Source of the DNA: Escherichia phage vB_EcoM_PHB05
Sequence record: NC_052652.1
Reading direction: 5' to 3' (one strand)
Length of the DNA: 64,000 nucleotides
In this document: positions 9,473 through 18,693 of the stretch, one piece after another
Layout: the number at the start of each line of letters is the position of its first letter
Numbering within the stretch: the first letter of the stretch is position 1
Position numbers and translations under genes: made by a program
The notes under the pieces: model-generated
Databases searched by the model: none
Seen by the model: the letters and a program-made list of their open reading frames with translations, nothing else
Told to the model about the DNA's origin: nothing

Positions 9473-9685
9473 ATGGGAATGTTGCTTCGTGTTTTTGTGT
9501 TTCTTATGTTCTGGATTATCGTTGGTAACGGTATTGTATTTTTGATTTTTCCTGAAGTGATGACAGGTAATGAAAATAAGGCAGTGCCTTACATTATGCT
9601 TATCGGTTACGGTATTGGTACACTTGGACTACTGTTTGCTGATTGGTTAATCAATACTTTGTTCTCTAAGTACAGGAACAAGTGA
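9473..9685 (+). CDS. small membrane protein (two predicted helices)
   Basis: 70-aa ORF; two hydrophobic segments (VFVFLMFWIIVGNGIVFLIF; IMLIGYGIGTLGLLFADWLI). Confidence 0.45.
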   Translation: MGMLLRVFVFLMFWIIVGNGIVFLIFPEVMTGNENKAVPYIMLIGYGIGTLGLLFADWLINTLFSKYRNK

Positions 9686-9686
9686 T

Positions 9687-9959
9687 ATGTCGGAAAACTT
9701 ACCTAATGTTTTCTTTTGTTTTGTAGATTGTGTTACACAAGAAATTATAGTTGACGAAGAAGGTATGTTTACTTATTTTGCATCTGAAGAAGAGGCAAAA
9801 CTATCAGCTATGAAATGTATAAGCCAATTGTCAGTACCTGCTGTCAACAGGTTCGGTATTGCCCAGGTGTATAAAACAGTAACAGAGTTTACACCAGATC
9901 GAAAACTAACTTTTCTTAACGTTCACTTTGTTTGTAAGTTTAGTGAACTACGACATTAA
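9687..9959 (+). CDS. hypothetical protein
   Basis: 90-aa ORF. Confidence 0.45.
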   Translation: MSENLPNVFFCFVDCVTQEIIVDEEGMFTYFASEEEAKLSAMKCISQLSVPAVNRFGIAQVYKTVTEFTPDRKLTFLNVHFVCKFSELRH

Positions 9960-9973
9960 AATCAGGAGTAAAA

Positions 9974-10573
9974 ATGAAAGAATATTGGAGTGGTGAGAAG
10001 GGCTTGCTAAAGCCAGGAATGCTTTTGCGAGTAAAGAACATGTTGATCACACAAGATTACATAATGCCTAATCCTGGAGCATTAGTAGAATTCCTTACTG
10101 CGCGAGATCAACCTGGGGTTGGTGAAATGTGGATTGTAACGTGGATATCTCTCGATAGTAAATTGCGCGTTGCTCCTATTGACCCAAAACACTTGGAATC
10201 TCCTTACGCCAGCATTGATTCTCGGATCATAGATTTAGCTAGAGTTTATAAGGCTAGGACTGGTGTAGAATTAGATGTAGAAATTTTAAATCAATGTATT
10301 GACTTCTTACCTGAAAAAGTGCATAATGCACAACAAGAAGATAGCGGTTTAGAAGTTATTCTTCTGAATGATGGGATGTTCTCTGGTTTGGCATCTGTAG
10401 ATTTTCCAATAACATTAAGATTGTTACCTGGGGAATACGTACTGGATGAAGATACTATTGCTATATCCTCTAAAATTTTAGAACTCATTCCAGGTGCAAG
10501 GTGTGTTGGTGATACATCTTCCTTGCTGTTTACTCTGAATGAAGAAGCCATTATAGTTAAAAAGGAGAAGTAA
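9974..10573 (+). CDS. hypothetical protein
   Basis: 199-aa ORF with AGGAG RBS. Confidence 0.55.
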   Translation: MKEYWSGEKGLLKPGMLLRVKNMLITQDYIMPNPGALVEFLTARDQPGVGEMWIVTWISLDSKLRVAPIDPKHLESPYASIDSRIIDLARVYKARTGVELDVEILNQCIDFLPEKVHNAQQEDSGLEVILLNDGMFSGLASVDFPITLRLLPGEYVLDEDTIAISSKILELIPGARCVGDTSSLLFTLNEEAIIVKKEK

Positions 10574-10729
10574 ATGATGACGTTTATTGTTGGTGTTGTT
10601 GTTGGTTATTTTGGTCACAAGTATCAGGATGTTATCATCGCTAAAGTTGACGAAGTAATCGAAAAATTTAAACACTAATTTTCTAAAAGGCTGTACTATT
10701 GTGCAGCCTATCTTTCAAAGGAGAGTAAA

Positions 10730-10903
10730 ATGTTCAAAGATACCAATTATAAATGTGTACATTGTGGTAAATCTTTTGGTGATCACCAAGCTAAGACGTT
10801 CAATTGTCCACGAAAAGGGCGAGGTAGCTTTAAAGGTTTTAATCCATCCCACGTTTATTCTCCCAACTACGAGAAACCAGAAGAAGAAAAATTTGTAATC
10901 TGA
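10730..10903 (+). CDS. small zinc-ribbon protein (57 aa)
   Basis: ATG 10730 with AAGGAGAG RBS 7 nt upstream; CVHCG...NCPRKG pattern; preferred over the overlapping 10701-10898 ORF. Confidence 0.35.
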   Translation: MFKDTNYKCVHCGKSFGDHQAKTFNCPRKGRGSFKGFNPSHVYSPNYEKPEEEKFVI

Positions 10904-10912
10904 GGAGGCAAT

Positions 10913-11200
10913 ATGGAACTAGTACAAGAAGTTTATGAAAAACTAAAAGAAGAGAATCTTGATTGGCCTGAACATGCTCTTATTGTCGTCAAAGATACTA
11001 ATGGTGAAATAAAATTCTCAAGTGTAAGTGAAGATGATGTTGTTTTAAGTCCTACAGGATATTATATGAGAGGTGTTACGTGTCTATTCAACACCAAAGT
11101 GTATCCTGAAGTTAAACTTAGTTACGGTGAACCTGATCATCCAGAAATCGTTACACGTAATGAATATGAAAATTATTATTTTGCTCGTGAAAGCAAATAA
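10913..11200 (+). CDS. hypothetical protein
   Basis: 95-aa ORF with GAGGAGG RBS. Confidence 0.5.
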   Translation: MELVQEVYEKLKEENLDWPEHALIVVKDTNGEIKFSSVSEDDVVLSPTGYYMRGVTCLFNTKVYPEVKLSYGEPDHPEIVTRNEYENYYFARESK

Positions 11201-11208
11201 GGAAAACT

Positions 11209-11532
11209 ATGCAAAAAATAAATACTGGTTCTCGTCCTAAACAGAAGCAAACAAAAGCAAGGGTATCTTATGTTGATAACTCTTGTTATAATTTCAAAAA
11301 TGTTAAAGAAGTTATCATTGATGAAAAAGAAGGTTTGATTCACATTTCATCTGAACGTTTGAAAGGTAGTGTTACTATTCGTGAGAATGTATCTGTACCT
11401 ATGAAAGTCGTGGCTACACTCTGTGTTGATAAACCAGATGTTGTTAACTACTATGTGTTCCGTGATAACTGTATTGCATTACATAATAAGATTTTTAAAT
11501 CTTCGCACGTTAAAACAAAACACATTGTATAA
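11209..11532 (+). CDS. hypothetical protein
   Basis: 107-aa ORF with AAGGAAA RBS; followed by a terminator. Confidence 0.5.
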   Translation: MQKINTGSRPKQKQTKARVSYVDNSCYNFKNVKEVIIDEKEGLIHISSERLKGSVTIRENVSVPMKVVATLCVDKPDVVNYYVFRDNCIALHNKIFKSSHVKTKHIV

Positions 11533-11537
11533 CACAT

Positions 11538-11560
11538 AAACCCGCTTCGGCGGGTTTTCT
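11538..11560 (+). terminator. rho-independent terminator
   Basis: Hairpin AAACCCGC-TTCG-GCGGGTTT followed by TTCTTG. Confidence 0.6.
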
Positions 11561-11617
11561 TGTATATACGCTCTTTATCTGTTATAAACACTTTTACCAT
11601 AAACAATAGGAGGTATT

Positions 11618-11839
11618 ATGTCTGTAGTTGTAGAAGGTAGTATTGGTTTCTTAGTAGATAACCCTCACCCTTTCGTGGTTAAGGTTCATATTCAAGAAAA
11701 GGTAAGCAACAATACGTGGCTGTGTTTGTTAGATAGTAAGATACACTCTTATACAGAGGTTTATCTTCACACTTGGCAAATTGGTACGATAACAGCAGAG
11801 GATGAATTGATAATTGAACTATATGAACGAGATCTATAG
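11618..11839 (+). CDS. hypothetical protein
   Basis: 73-aa ORF with AGGAGG RBS. Confidence 0.45.
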   Translation: MSVVVEGSIGFLVDNPHPFVVKVHIQEKVSNNTWLCLLDSKIHSYTEVYLHTWQIGTITAEDELIIELYERDL

Positions 11840-11917
11840 ATGACTTTACTAGAGAGTATCGTAGTGTTAATCATCTTTATCATTATTGTCATAGGATATT
11901 TTACAGAAGACTAAAAT

Positions 11918-11951
11918 AAAGCCCCTAGAATCGCTTCTAGGGGCTTTTGTT
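11918..11951. terminator. bidirectional terminator between convergent blocks
   Basis: Hairpin GCCCCTAGAA-TCGC-TTCTAGGGGC flanked by A-run upstream and TTTTGTTTG downstream. Confidence 0.6.
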
Positions 11952-12014
11952 TGCATTAGGTAGGAAAACGTATTACTAAAATAAAAAGTGCGTTAGAATG
12001 CGTTACAGGAGGTT

Positions 12015-12272
12015 TTAGGAATGCATAAAATCTTCTTCAGGGCAGGTTGAGAGATAAGAGATGCACGTTGGGACAACAACAACATTGTCTTTAAGGTTTT
12101 CAACCAAGCCTTTTGTAATCCCAGCTACTGCCCCGTTAATATCTGCTTGACGGATACCAAAACCTTGTTGTGCGGATAGATAACAAAATCCCTCACCTTT
12201 CTGTTGATTGTTATTGAAGTAATAAACGTAGTGCATCATAAAATGGTCTTTAACGATTTGTTCTGTGGTCAT
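12015..12272 (-). CDS. hypothetical protein
   Basis: 85-aa ORF with AGGAG RBS on - strand. Confidence 0.45.
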   Translation of the reverse strand: MTTEQIVKDHFMMHYVYYFNNNQQKGEGFCYLSAQQGFGIRQADINGAVAGITKGLVENLKDNVVVVPTCISYLSTCPEEDFMHS

Positions 12273-12285
12273 AATATTCTCCTAT

Positions 12286-12308
12286 AAGAAAAGGGGCTTT
12301 CGCCCCCT
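12286..12308 (-). terminator. terminator/attenuator hairpin (GGGGCTTTCGCCCC family)
   Basis: GC hairpin followed on - strand by TTTTCTT; same motif recurs at about 23575 and 36665. Confidence 0.5.
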
Positions 12309-12316
12309 TGGTTAAG

Positions 12317-13129
12317 TTATTTAGTCAAATGATCTTCTATCATTTTTATGAAAGCAGGATTGCTAAAAGCATCTGCGGCCTTTTCTCGATAAACAAAGAC
12401 TCCTCTATCTTCGTAAAGAAGAGTTTCTTCGTAATTAATTCCTGGGTTAACAACAATCATTTTTGTACCCATACTAAGTGCAGGGAATAATTCCCAATTA
12501 AAATTGATAACTTGGTTTGAACATCCTACTACAACAACCAAATCTTGCATGGTCAAAGTATCAAACAAGTGAGCCATATCTGCATACAAAGGTGCAGCCT
12601 CACCAAAAAATACAACATTAGGCTTCACCCAGTTATAATCATCTATGTTTATGCTGTTGTAACCAATATCTACCAGTGTTTTGTAATCCCCAGGGTGCAT
12701 ACGGTAAACTACTTCAGGAAGATATCCGTGCACGTGAATAACCGAATCTCTGTCTACACCTGCTCGCTCTAGTAGATCATCAACGTTTGTTGTCAAGTTT
12801 ACTACTTGGTTAGGATATTCCTTAAACCACTTTGCTATTTGAATATGTGCAGCATTAGGTTGTACATCTTTAAGCTCAACACGTCTTTTGTTATAAAATT
12901 CGTGTGTTTTGGCATACAAATCCATACCGTTTTCGTCTACACCACCAACCACTGGAAGATCTGGAGATGTTCTAACACGATAACCTGCTTGGAAAGCTCC
13001 AATATCGCAGACCTCTTCTAAATCATATTCTTGCCATAAAGCACGACCACTATCTGTGTCTGTTCGGAATGTTCGAATCCCACTGTCTGCACTTAAACCT
13101 GCGCCACTGACAAAAATTACTCTTCGCAT
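12317..13129 (-). CDS. Sir2-like (sirtuin-fold) NAD-binding protein, apparently lacking zinc ribbon
   Basis: GAGLSADSGIRTFR matches sirtuin GAGIS.ESGIP.FR; TTNVDDL..AG, HVHG, KPNVVFFGE blocks present; no CxxC pairs seen. Confidence 0.6.
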   Translation of the reverse strand: MRRVIFVSGAGLSADSGIRTFRTDTDSGRALWQEYDLEEVCDIGAFQAGYRVRTSPDLPVVGGVDENGMDLYAKTHEFYNKRRVELKDVQPNAAHIQIAKWFKEYPNQVVNLTTNVDDLLERAGVDRDSVIHVHGYLPEVVYRMHPGDYKTLVDIGYNSINIDDYNWVKPNVVFFGEAAPLYADMAHLFDTLTMQDLVVVVGCSNQVINFNWELFPALSMGTKMIVVNPGINYEETLLYEDRGVFVYREKAADAFSNPAFIKMIEDHLTK

Positions 13130-13686
13130 TCAATATCCTCTTCGTAATCATCATCCCAAGAAGATGCGTCGTAACGCTCTTCCTCTTCGAAATCCCAATT
13201 AATTTCTACTCCAAAATCTAAAAATAATTTAACAATATTTTCTGTAGAGTAGTATTTATCATAAGCGTTAGTTAGTTCCCAATACTTGTCACTCAATTTT
13301 TTATAAGTAGGATCATTATAGTCATAATCTACTTTATAACCATAGTCATACATCTCTTGTTCAGCTTTAAGCATAGCTTCTGGTGTAAGAAGATTAGGGA
13401 ACGGACGATTTCTTTCTTTTAACTTAGAAGCAATCCAGTTTGCAACATTCGCCACTTCACCATCTCGATTATCACCTAAACAACTTGCATAATCTCCATC
13501 TTCGTAAGTGCCTAAATCACCAATGACTTCATGTACAATAGACGAATACGATCCACACGTTTCACAATCTGAAAAAGTGTCTACTGTTGTAATATCAATA
13601 GATAAAACTGGTAAAGCCATAGCTTCTTTCACACAAGCCTCCTCATATAATAACATGTCATCAAAACCCATATATCCTCCAGACAA
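13117..13686 (-). CDS. hypothetical acidic protein
   Basis: 189-aa D/E-rich ORF. Confidence 0.5.
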   Translation of the reverse strand: MSGGYMGFDDMLLYEEACVKEAMALPVLSIDITTVDTFSDCETCGSYSSIVHEVIGDLGTYEDGDYASCLGDNRDGEVANVANWIASKLKERNRPFPNLLTPEAMLKAEQEMYDYGYKVDYDYNDPTYKKLSDKYWELTNAYDKYYSTENIVKLFLDFGVEINWDFEEEERYDASSWDDDYEEDIECEE

Positions 13687-13687
13687 A

Positions 13688-13712
13688 TAAAGCCCCTGTT
13701 TGGGGCTTTGGT
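13688..13712 (-). terminator. intergenic hairpin (possible attenuator)
   Basis: AAGCCCC-TGTTT-GGGGCTT hairpin between two - strand genes. Confidence 0.35.
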
Positions 13713-13725
13713 TAAGTTTTACGGA

Positions 13726-14337
13726 TTATACCAGACTTTTAAGGTACTTGTCAAGGGCTTCTTGATCACCTTGACAAACATAGCAACGGAAGTCTTGAGC
13801 AGAAGGTTCTTTGTCCTCGTCCCAATCCCAGTAGACAGTACCTTTATAGCGTGAGCCTGGGAACTTGAAGTATGCTACATGAGTAATATGGTGTGGGCCA
13901 CCACAAAACTCTGTAAAAGTAAATTGAGGATACGCTGCTTTAACTGTATTTTCAAACCAAGTTTTACGATCTAATGCTTCGTTTATAAAATAAGCATGGC
14001 GTTCCATTTCATCCCAATCTTTCCAAACGCATTTTTCATCCAGAGAGAAAACAAAATTTTCACTGTTAAACTCGTCTGTATCTGATTCCAAAATATCATA
14101 GTCATGTGCACTAGGTATCCACCATCCAGCTTCTAATAGTGCTTTTGCAGGTACAAAACCTTTTTCAGCGTATTGATCAAATTCTTTTACTCTACGTACA
14201 GTGCAGTATTCATCTTCACCACCAATGTCCAATAGACAAGCGCCTCTGCGTCTTGCTGCAAGACCATGTGTATCAAAAACTACAACGCTACCTTCACCAT
14301 CTTCACGATCTACTTGATATGCAACTTTTTGAGTCAT
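13726..14337 (-). CDS. hypothetical protein
   Basis: 203-aa ORF. Confidence 0.5.
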   Translation of the reverse strand: MTQKVAYQVDREDGEGSVVVFDTHGLAARRRGACLLDIGGEDEYCTVRRVKEFDQYAEKGFVPAKALLEAGWWIPSAHDYDILESDTDEFNSENFVFSLDEKCVWKDWDEMERHAYFINEALDRKTWFENTVKAAYPQFTFTEFCGGPHHITHVAYFKFPGSRYKGTVYWDWDEDKEPSAQDFRCYVCQGDQEALDKYLKSLV

Positions 14338-14460
14338 ATTACCCCCAATGTATATGGGAAATTAACCAAAAGATAAATTCCCAAAAACACCAACCAAGAA
14401 AAGTTAATGGAATTATAAAAGCTATCAGAGCAGTCTTCCAGCCTTTCCACAATGTTTCCA

Positions 14461-15450
14461 TCATTCCTCCATACACTTAAGAATATGTGCAATGACAGGT
14501 ATAGTCCAACCATTACCTAACATCTTATATGCTTGTGTGTTACTACTCACTTTAAAGTAATCATCTGGAACACCTTGTAAGCGGCAACACTCTTTAACCG
14601 TTAACTTCCTATAATGCACACCTTCACTCAATTTTTCAAAGGCATCCCGATATCTTCCAGGTGGAATGTAAGCTAATAGTACGTCTTTCGGCACAGTTGT
14701 GAGGCAACGAGTTTTTTCACTGTCCTGAACTTCCAAGCAATGTACCAAACGATCAGTTTTAGATGTACTACGTTTGCCATTTTCATTAATTCTACGCCCA
14801 TATATTGCTGCTGGATAAAAAACCAGTTGTCTGCGACTCTTTTCAAAATACTGTTCTATATTACCACCTTTGGCATAATTTGCATCTATGCAATACGCCT
14901 TGTCCCTGTCTACAATACTATCATCTTCAATAATATCTTGCAACACTTCATTGGTAATATCCCAAGGCTTTATTTCCCAATTGCACCAGTATAAACGTTG
15001 TCTATTCTGTGCCGTGAAATCTGCGGAGTTAATGAATACGGGATCAACACCTAAGTAACTTGTGATCACGTTTTCCCACTCCACCTTCATCTTAACGTTT
15101 TCAAGCATGAACTTAACATTAGGGTTAAACTTTTTAATATGTTCAAGAATTTCAACATATTCAAAGAACAGTTTAGATCGCGGATCTTGAAAGTTCAAAC
15201 CCTTACCAGAAGAAGAGAAGCCTTGGCACGGACTACCGCCTAGCAAAAGATCAATTTCTCCCCACGGGATATCCCATTCTCTCCATTTTGTAACATCACC
15301 TAATTGAATAATATCTGGAAAATTAGCTTGGCTTTCAGCTATGGCAAATTTGTCCAATTCTGAGGCATAATACTTATCTACTTCAATACCTGCACTTTTT
15401 AGTGCAAGCATTCCTCCCGACATACCATCAAAAAGACTTAAAACTTTCAT
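14461..15450 (-). CDS. DNA (cytosine-5)-methyltransferase
   Basis: Motif I LSLFDGMSGG (FxGxGG), motif IV GGSPCQGFS (PCQ), ENV motif. Confidence 0.85.
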   Translation of the reverse strand: MKVLSLFDGMSGGMLALKSAGIEVDKYYASELDKFAIAESQANFPDIIQLGDVTKWREWDIPWGEIDLLLGGSPCQGFSSSGKGLNFQDPRSKLFFEYVEILEHIKKFNPNVKFMLENVKMKVEWENVITSYLGVDPVFINSADFTAQNRQRLYWCNWEIKPWDITNEVLQDIIEDDSIVDRDKAYCIDANYAKGGNIEQYFEKSRRQLVFYPAAIYGRRINENGKRSTSKTDRLVHCLEVQDSEKTRCLTTVPKDVLLAYIPPGRYRDAFEKLSEGVHYRKLTVKECCRLQGVPDDYFKVSSNTQAYKMLGNGWTIPVIAHILKCMEE

Positions 15451-15863
15451 TATTGCTTCTTCTCCTTAACACTAGCTGGTAATTCTGCCTTCAGGCAGAA
15501 GTTTAAACGGTAAGCCTCATTTTCATTTAAAAGTACAGATTCACACGATAACCAGAACAAGAGATCCTCAATACTAGGACTGTGAAGCCAACAGTGCAGA
15601 AGAGAATGTTGTTCTATATCAATGTAATTTAGCAACAAGCCTTGTAAGGCGTAACTAGTTCCTGTCGTTTTTGCTTTTTCAAGGATGATATTGTGTTTAC
15701 TAACAACTTTCTTTCTAAGACCAAACCATTTACTAACAACAACAGTCTCTTCTTGTAGTTGTTTTCTTATTTTCTCACATTCTTTAACTACAATCTGCAT
15801 CTTATCTACTGCTGATTGAAGTTGTTCTTTTGTTGGGTTTACAAAATAGTCACTATAATACAT
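15450..15863 (-). CDS. hypothetical protein
   Basis: 137-aa ORF overlapping the methyltransferase start. Confidence 0.5.
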   Translation of the reverse strand: MYYSDYFVNPTKEQLQSAVDKMQIVVKECEKIRKQLQEETVVVSKWFGLRKKVVSKHNIILEKAKTTGTSYALQGLLLNYIDIEQHSLLHCWLHSPSIEDLLFWLSCESVLLNENEAYRLNFCLKAELPASVKEKKQ

Positions 15864-15917
15864 GCTAATCTCCTCTTCTGTTTTTGTGTAGTTTATTCGA
15901 AAAAACTGGTGTTGTCA

Positions 15918-15942
15918 ACAAAAAACCCGCCGAAGCGGGTTT
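15918..15942 (-). terminator. rho-independent terminator
   Basis: Hairpin AAACCCGC-CGAA-GCGGGTTT with T-run on - strand. Confidence 0.55.
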
Positions 15943-15945
15943 ATA

Positions 15946-16203
15946 TCATTCTACAGGTATTTCTTCACCAAGAGAAACTTCCAAACGGAATGCTTTACTT
16001 TCAATACATTCACTACCTTTTAAGAAATCGAATTGCACTATAGACTGACTTAATAGAATAGATAGAATCACATCGCAATCTTCACTAGGAGCCAGATGTT
16101 TGTATTCTTCCTTCAAGGTAACATCATAAAAACATAAATCCCCTACTCCTAGTTCATCCCATCCTTCCCACGCATCTACAAAGTTAAACTCTAAACCTTT
16201 CAT
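15946..16203 (-). CDS. hypothetical protein
   Basis: 85-aa ORF. Confidence 0.45.
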   Translation of the reverse strand: MKGLEFNFVDAWEGWDELGVGDLCFYDVTLKEEYKHLAPSEDCDVILSILLSQSIVQFDFLKGSECIESKAFRLEVSLGEEIPVE

Positions 16204-16724
16204 ACAACCTCCTCGTAATTGTTATTGTGTTTTACTGTCTCAACATACAATAAAGATTCCATCTGTAATACATTACCAGAAATAATAAACCCATAAGCCA
16301 TTTCAGATGTGTCTATATCGTATGCCCCATCTTCCGGTTTAGCAAAGTGTAAAACTATTTCATCTGGGTTTTCTTCATCCCATATTTTAGAAATTTTCCG
16401 AACCAGAATATTAGCTAAAATAGTTGACATTCGGGATAAAACCGTATCCTCGTATCTTTTAAAACCTAACCAATAGAGGTTAAGAATTTCTACTTCTTCT
16501 TGTGTTAAGTTTTTGTCTAAAGTAATCAGATCTGTAGTGCACGGCGTTTTTGTTGAACCTACTGTTACAAAACCTGGAGTGTTATGAAAAACAATCTTAA
16601 CTTTATCACGTATGAAGTTTAAACCTTGTGCCTCCACTATATATTGTATTGTAGGTACAATATCGTTTGTTACATCAATAAAGCTATCTTTGATGACGCT
16701 TATATTATTTCTGGACAAGACCAT
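16200..16724 (-). CDS. hypothetical protein
   Basis: 174-aa ORF. Confidence 0.5.
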   Translation of the reverse strand: MVLSRNNISVIKDSFIDVTNDIVPTIQYIVEAQGLNFIRDKVKIVFHNTPGFVTVGSTKTPCTTDLITLDKNLTQEEVEILNLYWLGFKRYEDTVLSRMSTILANILVRKISKIWDEENPDEIVLHFAKPEDGAYDIDTSEMAYGFIISGNVLQMESLLYVETVKHNNNYEEVV

Positions 16725-17283
16725 TCTCCTCTAAAATAGGTTTAATAAATTCGAAGATTTGTTTTTTACTTTTACCTCGAATATTAAAACAAGGAACATT
16801 AAACTTTTTAGCCAACATCCAAGCTGTTCTTGTACCACCCAAAGGATCTCCATTTTTATCTGTATTTGCACAAGCTAAAAGAAAACAAGACGGTTTTGGA
16901 TTCTCAAGATCTTTGCCAAGAACTTGGTGGATATTCCTTTGATGTAATTTTTTAGCACCTTGAGATAATCTGTCCCAAGCCGGATGCAATTCTTTTGCAT
17001 ATTGCAAGGTTAGAGCATAGTTTACACTATCTGGTCTGTCAAGAACAATAACCTCTCCCTCTATCTCATTACCTTTAAACGAAGGCCAAGGAATGTATAT
17101 TTCTTTCTTTGTATTGTTTCCACTATCATATACCCCGCATTCAAATGCGGAATCTGCACCTTCTGCTTTACCAGATCGCAAAATGAACCATGTAGATAAC
17201 CATTTTGCAACAGCTACCATAGTGTCCCATTCTTCGTCTGTAATATCTCTGCTACCAACACCTGTGTAGAATAAATCGCTCAT
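16705..17283 (-). CDS. DprA/SLOG-like Rossmann-fold protein
   Basis: Start refined to ATG 17283 (AAGGAGAA RBS); motif GVGSRDIT ... SGKAEGADSAFE resembles DprA/SLOG GSR...SGGA.G.D signature. Confidence 0.45.
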   Translation of the reverse strand: MSDLFYTGVGSRDITDEEWDTMVAVAKWLSTWFILRSGKAEGADSAFECGVYDSGNNTKKEIYIPWPSFKGNEIEGEVIVLDRPDSVNYALTLQYAKELHPAWDRLSQGAKKLHQRNIHQVLGKDLENPKPSCFLLACANTDKNGDPLGGTRTAWMLAKKFNVPCFNIRGKSKKQIFEFIKPILEENGLVQK

Positions 17284-17293
17284 GGTTTTCTCC

Positions 17294-17614
17294 TTAACAA
17301 GTAATATTGGGAATAATACTGGGAGTAACAATTGGATTAATAGGATACGTATACCAAGGGCTTCCAATTTCCCAAGGATTATAAGGTGTACGAGGATCAA
17401 ATGGAGGCGTTACTTGAGGCTTTTTCCAAATCTCCGCTAGTTGTTTCTTCCATTTATCCCTTGCTGTCTCGTTATCTTCATCCAACTGTTCATCATTATC
17501 TTTTATTTCTGTTTTTGGAAATAAAAGCTCTTTGACTAACTCAACATCTTCCGTTTCAAGAGTAGTCTCTTTCGTAATATTCCCTACTGTCTCTTTAATT
17601 GTGATTTTATACAT
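17294..17614 (-). CDS. hypothetical protein
   Basis: 106-aa ORF. Confidence 0.45.
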   Translation of the reverse strand: MYKITIKETVGNITKETTLETEDVELVKELLFPKTEIKDNDEQLDEDNETARDKWKKQLAEIWKKPQVTPPFDPRTPYNPWEIGSPWYTYPINPIVTPSIIPNITC

Positions 17615-18360
17615 TAGTCCTCCTCTAAAGTAGAATAAAATTGTAACGTATTTGAATCATCAAAATATGCAAAGGTTAAATTGCCATTGAACACAGACCC
17701 AGTATCCATATATACCCTATTACTGCTAATTACAGGTTTAGGAACATAAGAATGCCCGTGAAATACATAATCTACTCCTGAAACTCTAGGAAGAAGAATC
17801 CCTTCAAGTGCGCAATCTATCATATCACGATCCCACATTAAAGATTCTGTGAATCGAGAAACTTGCTCTTTATCCATATTCAAACAAAATGGCAAAACTT
17901 CTGTCACTGGTAAATGTTCCAAAACTGAAGGATATCCACCGTGAATAAAGCCTAGTTTCATATTACGATAGTTGACAACAAGTACAACAGGTAAATCTTC
18001 TAGCATCAAAGCAAGAGCAGTTGCACCTTCTTCTCCACACTCATTTAGAACTGTATGGCCTCCGTTCTGAAACCAACATTCGTAATATCGCCTATCACCT
18101 TCTAGCAACCCTTTAATCATCATATCTTCGTGATTTCCACGAATAGCATAGCGATTTAGCTTTCTGGTGAATTCAACGGTACAACGAAAATTCTGCTTGC
18201 CGCGATCTGTAAGATCTCCTAAAGATACAACAACATCTTGATCTCGGATACCTAAAGTATTAACACCTTTCTGGTACAAATCAAAGCAGCCATGTAAATC
18301 ACCAATAATAAACAGGTCTTGATCATCTTTTACACTAATTTCTTGATATACTAGCATCAA
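17614..18360 (-). CDS. Ser/Thr protein phosphatase (calcineurin-like metallophosphoesterase)
   Basis: GDLHG, GDLTDRG, GNHE motifs in lambda-phosphatase order. Confidence 0.8.
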   Translation of the reverse strand: MMLVYQEISVKDDQDLFIIGDLHGCFDLYQKGVNTLGIRDQDVVVSLGDLTDRGKQNFRCTVEFTRKLNRYAIRGNHEDMMIKGLLEGDRRYYECWFQNGGHTVLNECGEEGATALALMLEDLPVVLVVNYRNMKLGFIHGGYPSVLEHLPVTEVLPFCLNMDKEQVSRFTESLMWDRDMIDCALEGILLPRVSGVDYVFHGHSYVPKPVISSNRVYMDTGSVFNGNLTFAYFDDSNTLQFYSTLEED

Positions 18361-18683
18361 CTCTCCTCAAAATCCATAAGTATAAAGATATTAACTTTAC
18401 CTTCTATATTATGTTCTACAACAAGATCTGCAAATTCTTTGTAGGCTTTTTCTTCTATTTGTTCAATGTGAGACGCTACATCTTTGTATATAGCGTCACC
18501 ATCTACTTTAACAAGGAGGAATAGAGATCTTACCTCAATCTCTTTATTTTTGCGGGGTAGAAAATCGACGGCTTCTTGTATACGCCAGCCGAGATACCCT
18601 GGAGTCCTTTGAATATCCTCCAAATGACTTTCTAAGATTTCCCTTCCTTTGTCTATTAAAGCCTGTTCTGTCGTTATTTTCAT
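18357..18683 (-). CDS. hypothetical protein
   Basis: 108-aa ORF. Confidence 0.45.
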   Translation of the reverse strand: MKITTEQALIDKGREILESHLEDIQRTPGYLGWRIQEAVDFLPRKNKEIEVRSLFLLVKVDGDAIYKDVASHIEQIEEKAYKEFADLVVEHNIEGKVNIFILMDFEES

Positions 18684-18693
18684 CCCCTTCTCC

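Noticed and set aside
10701-10898. 65-aa track ORF
   Set aside because: The alternative frame 10730-10903 has a strong RBS (AAGGAGAG) and a zinc-ribbon-like product; the track ORF translation is low-complexity.
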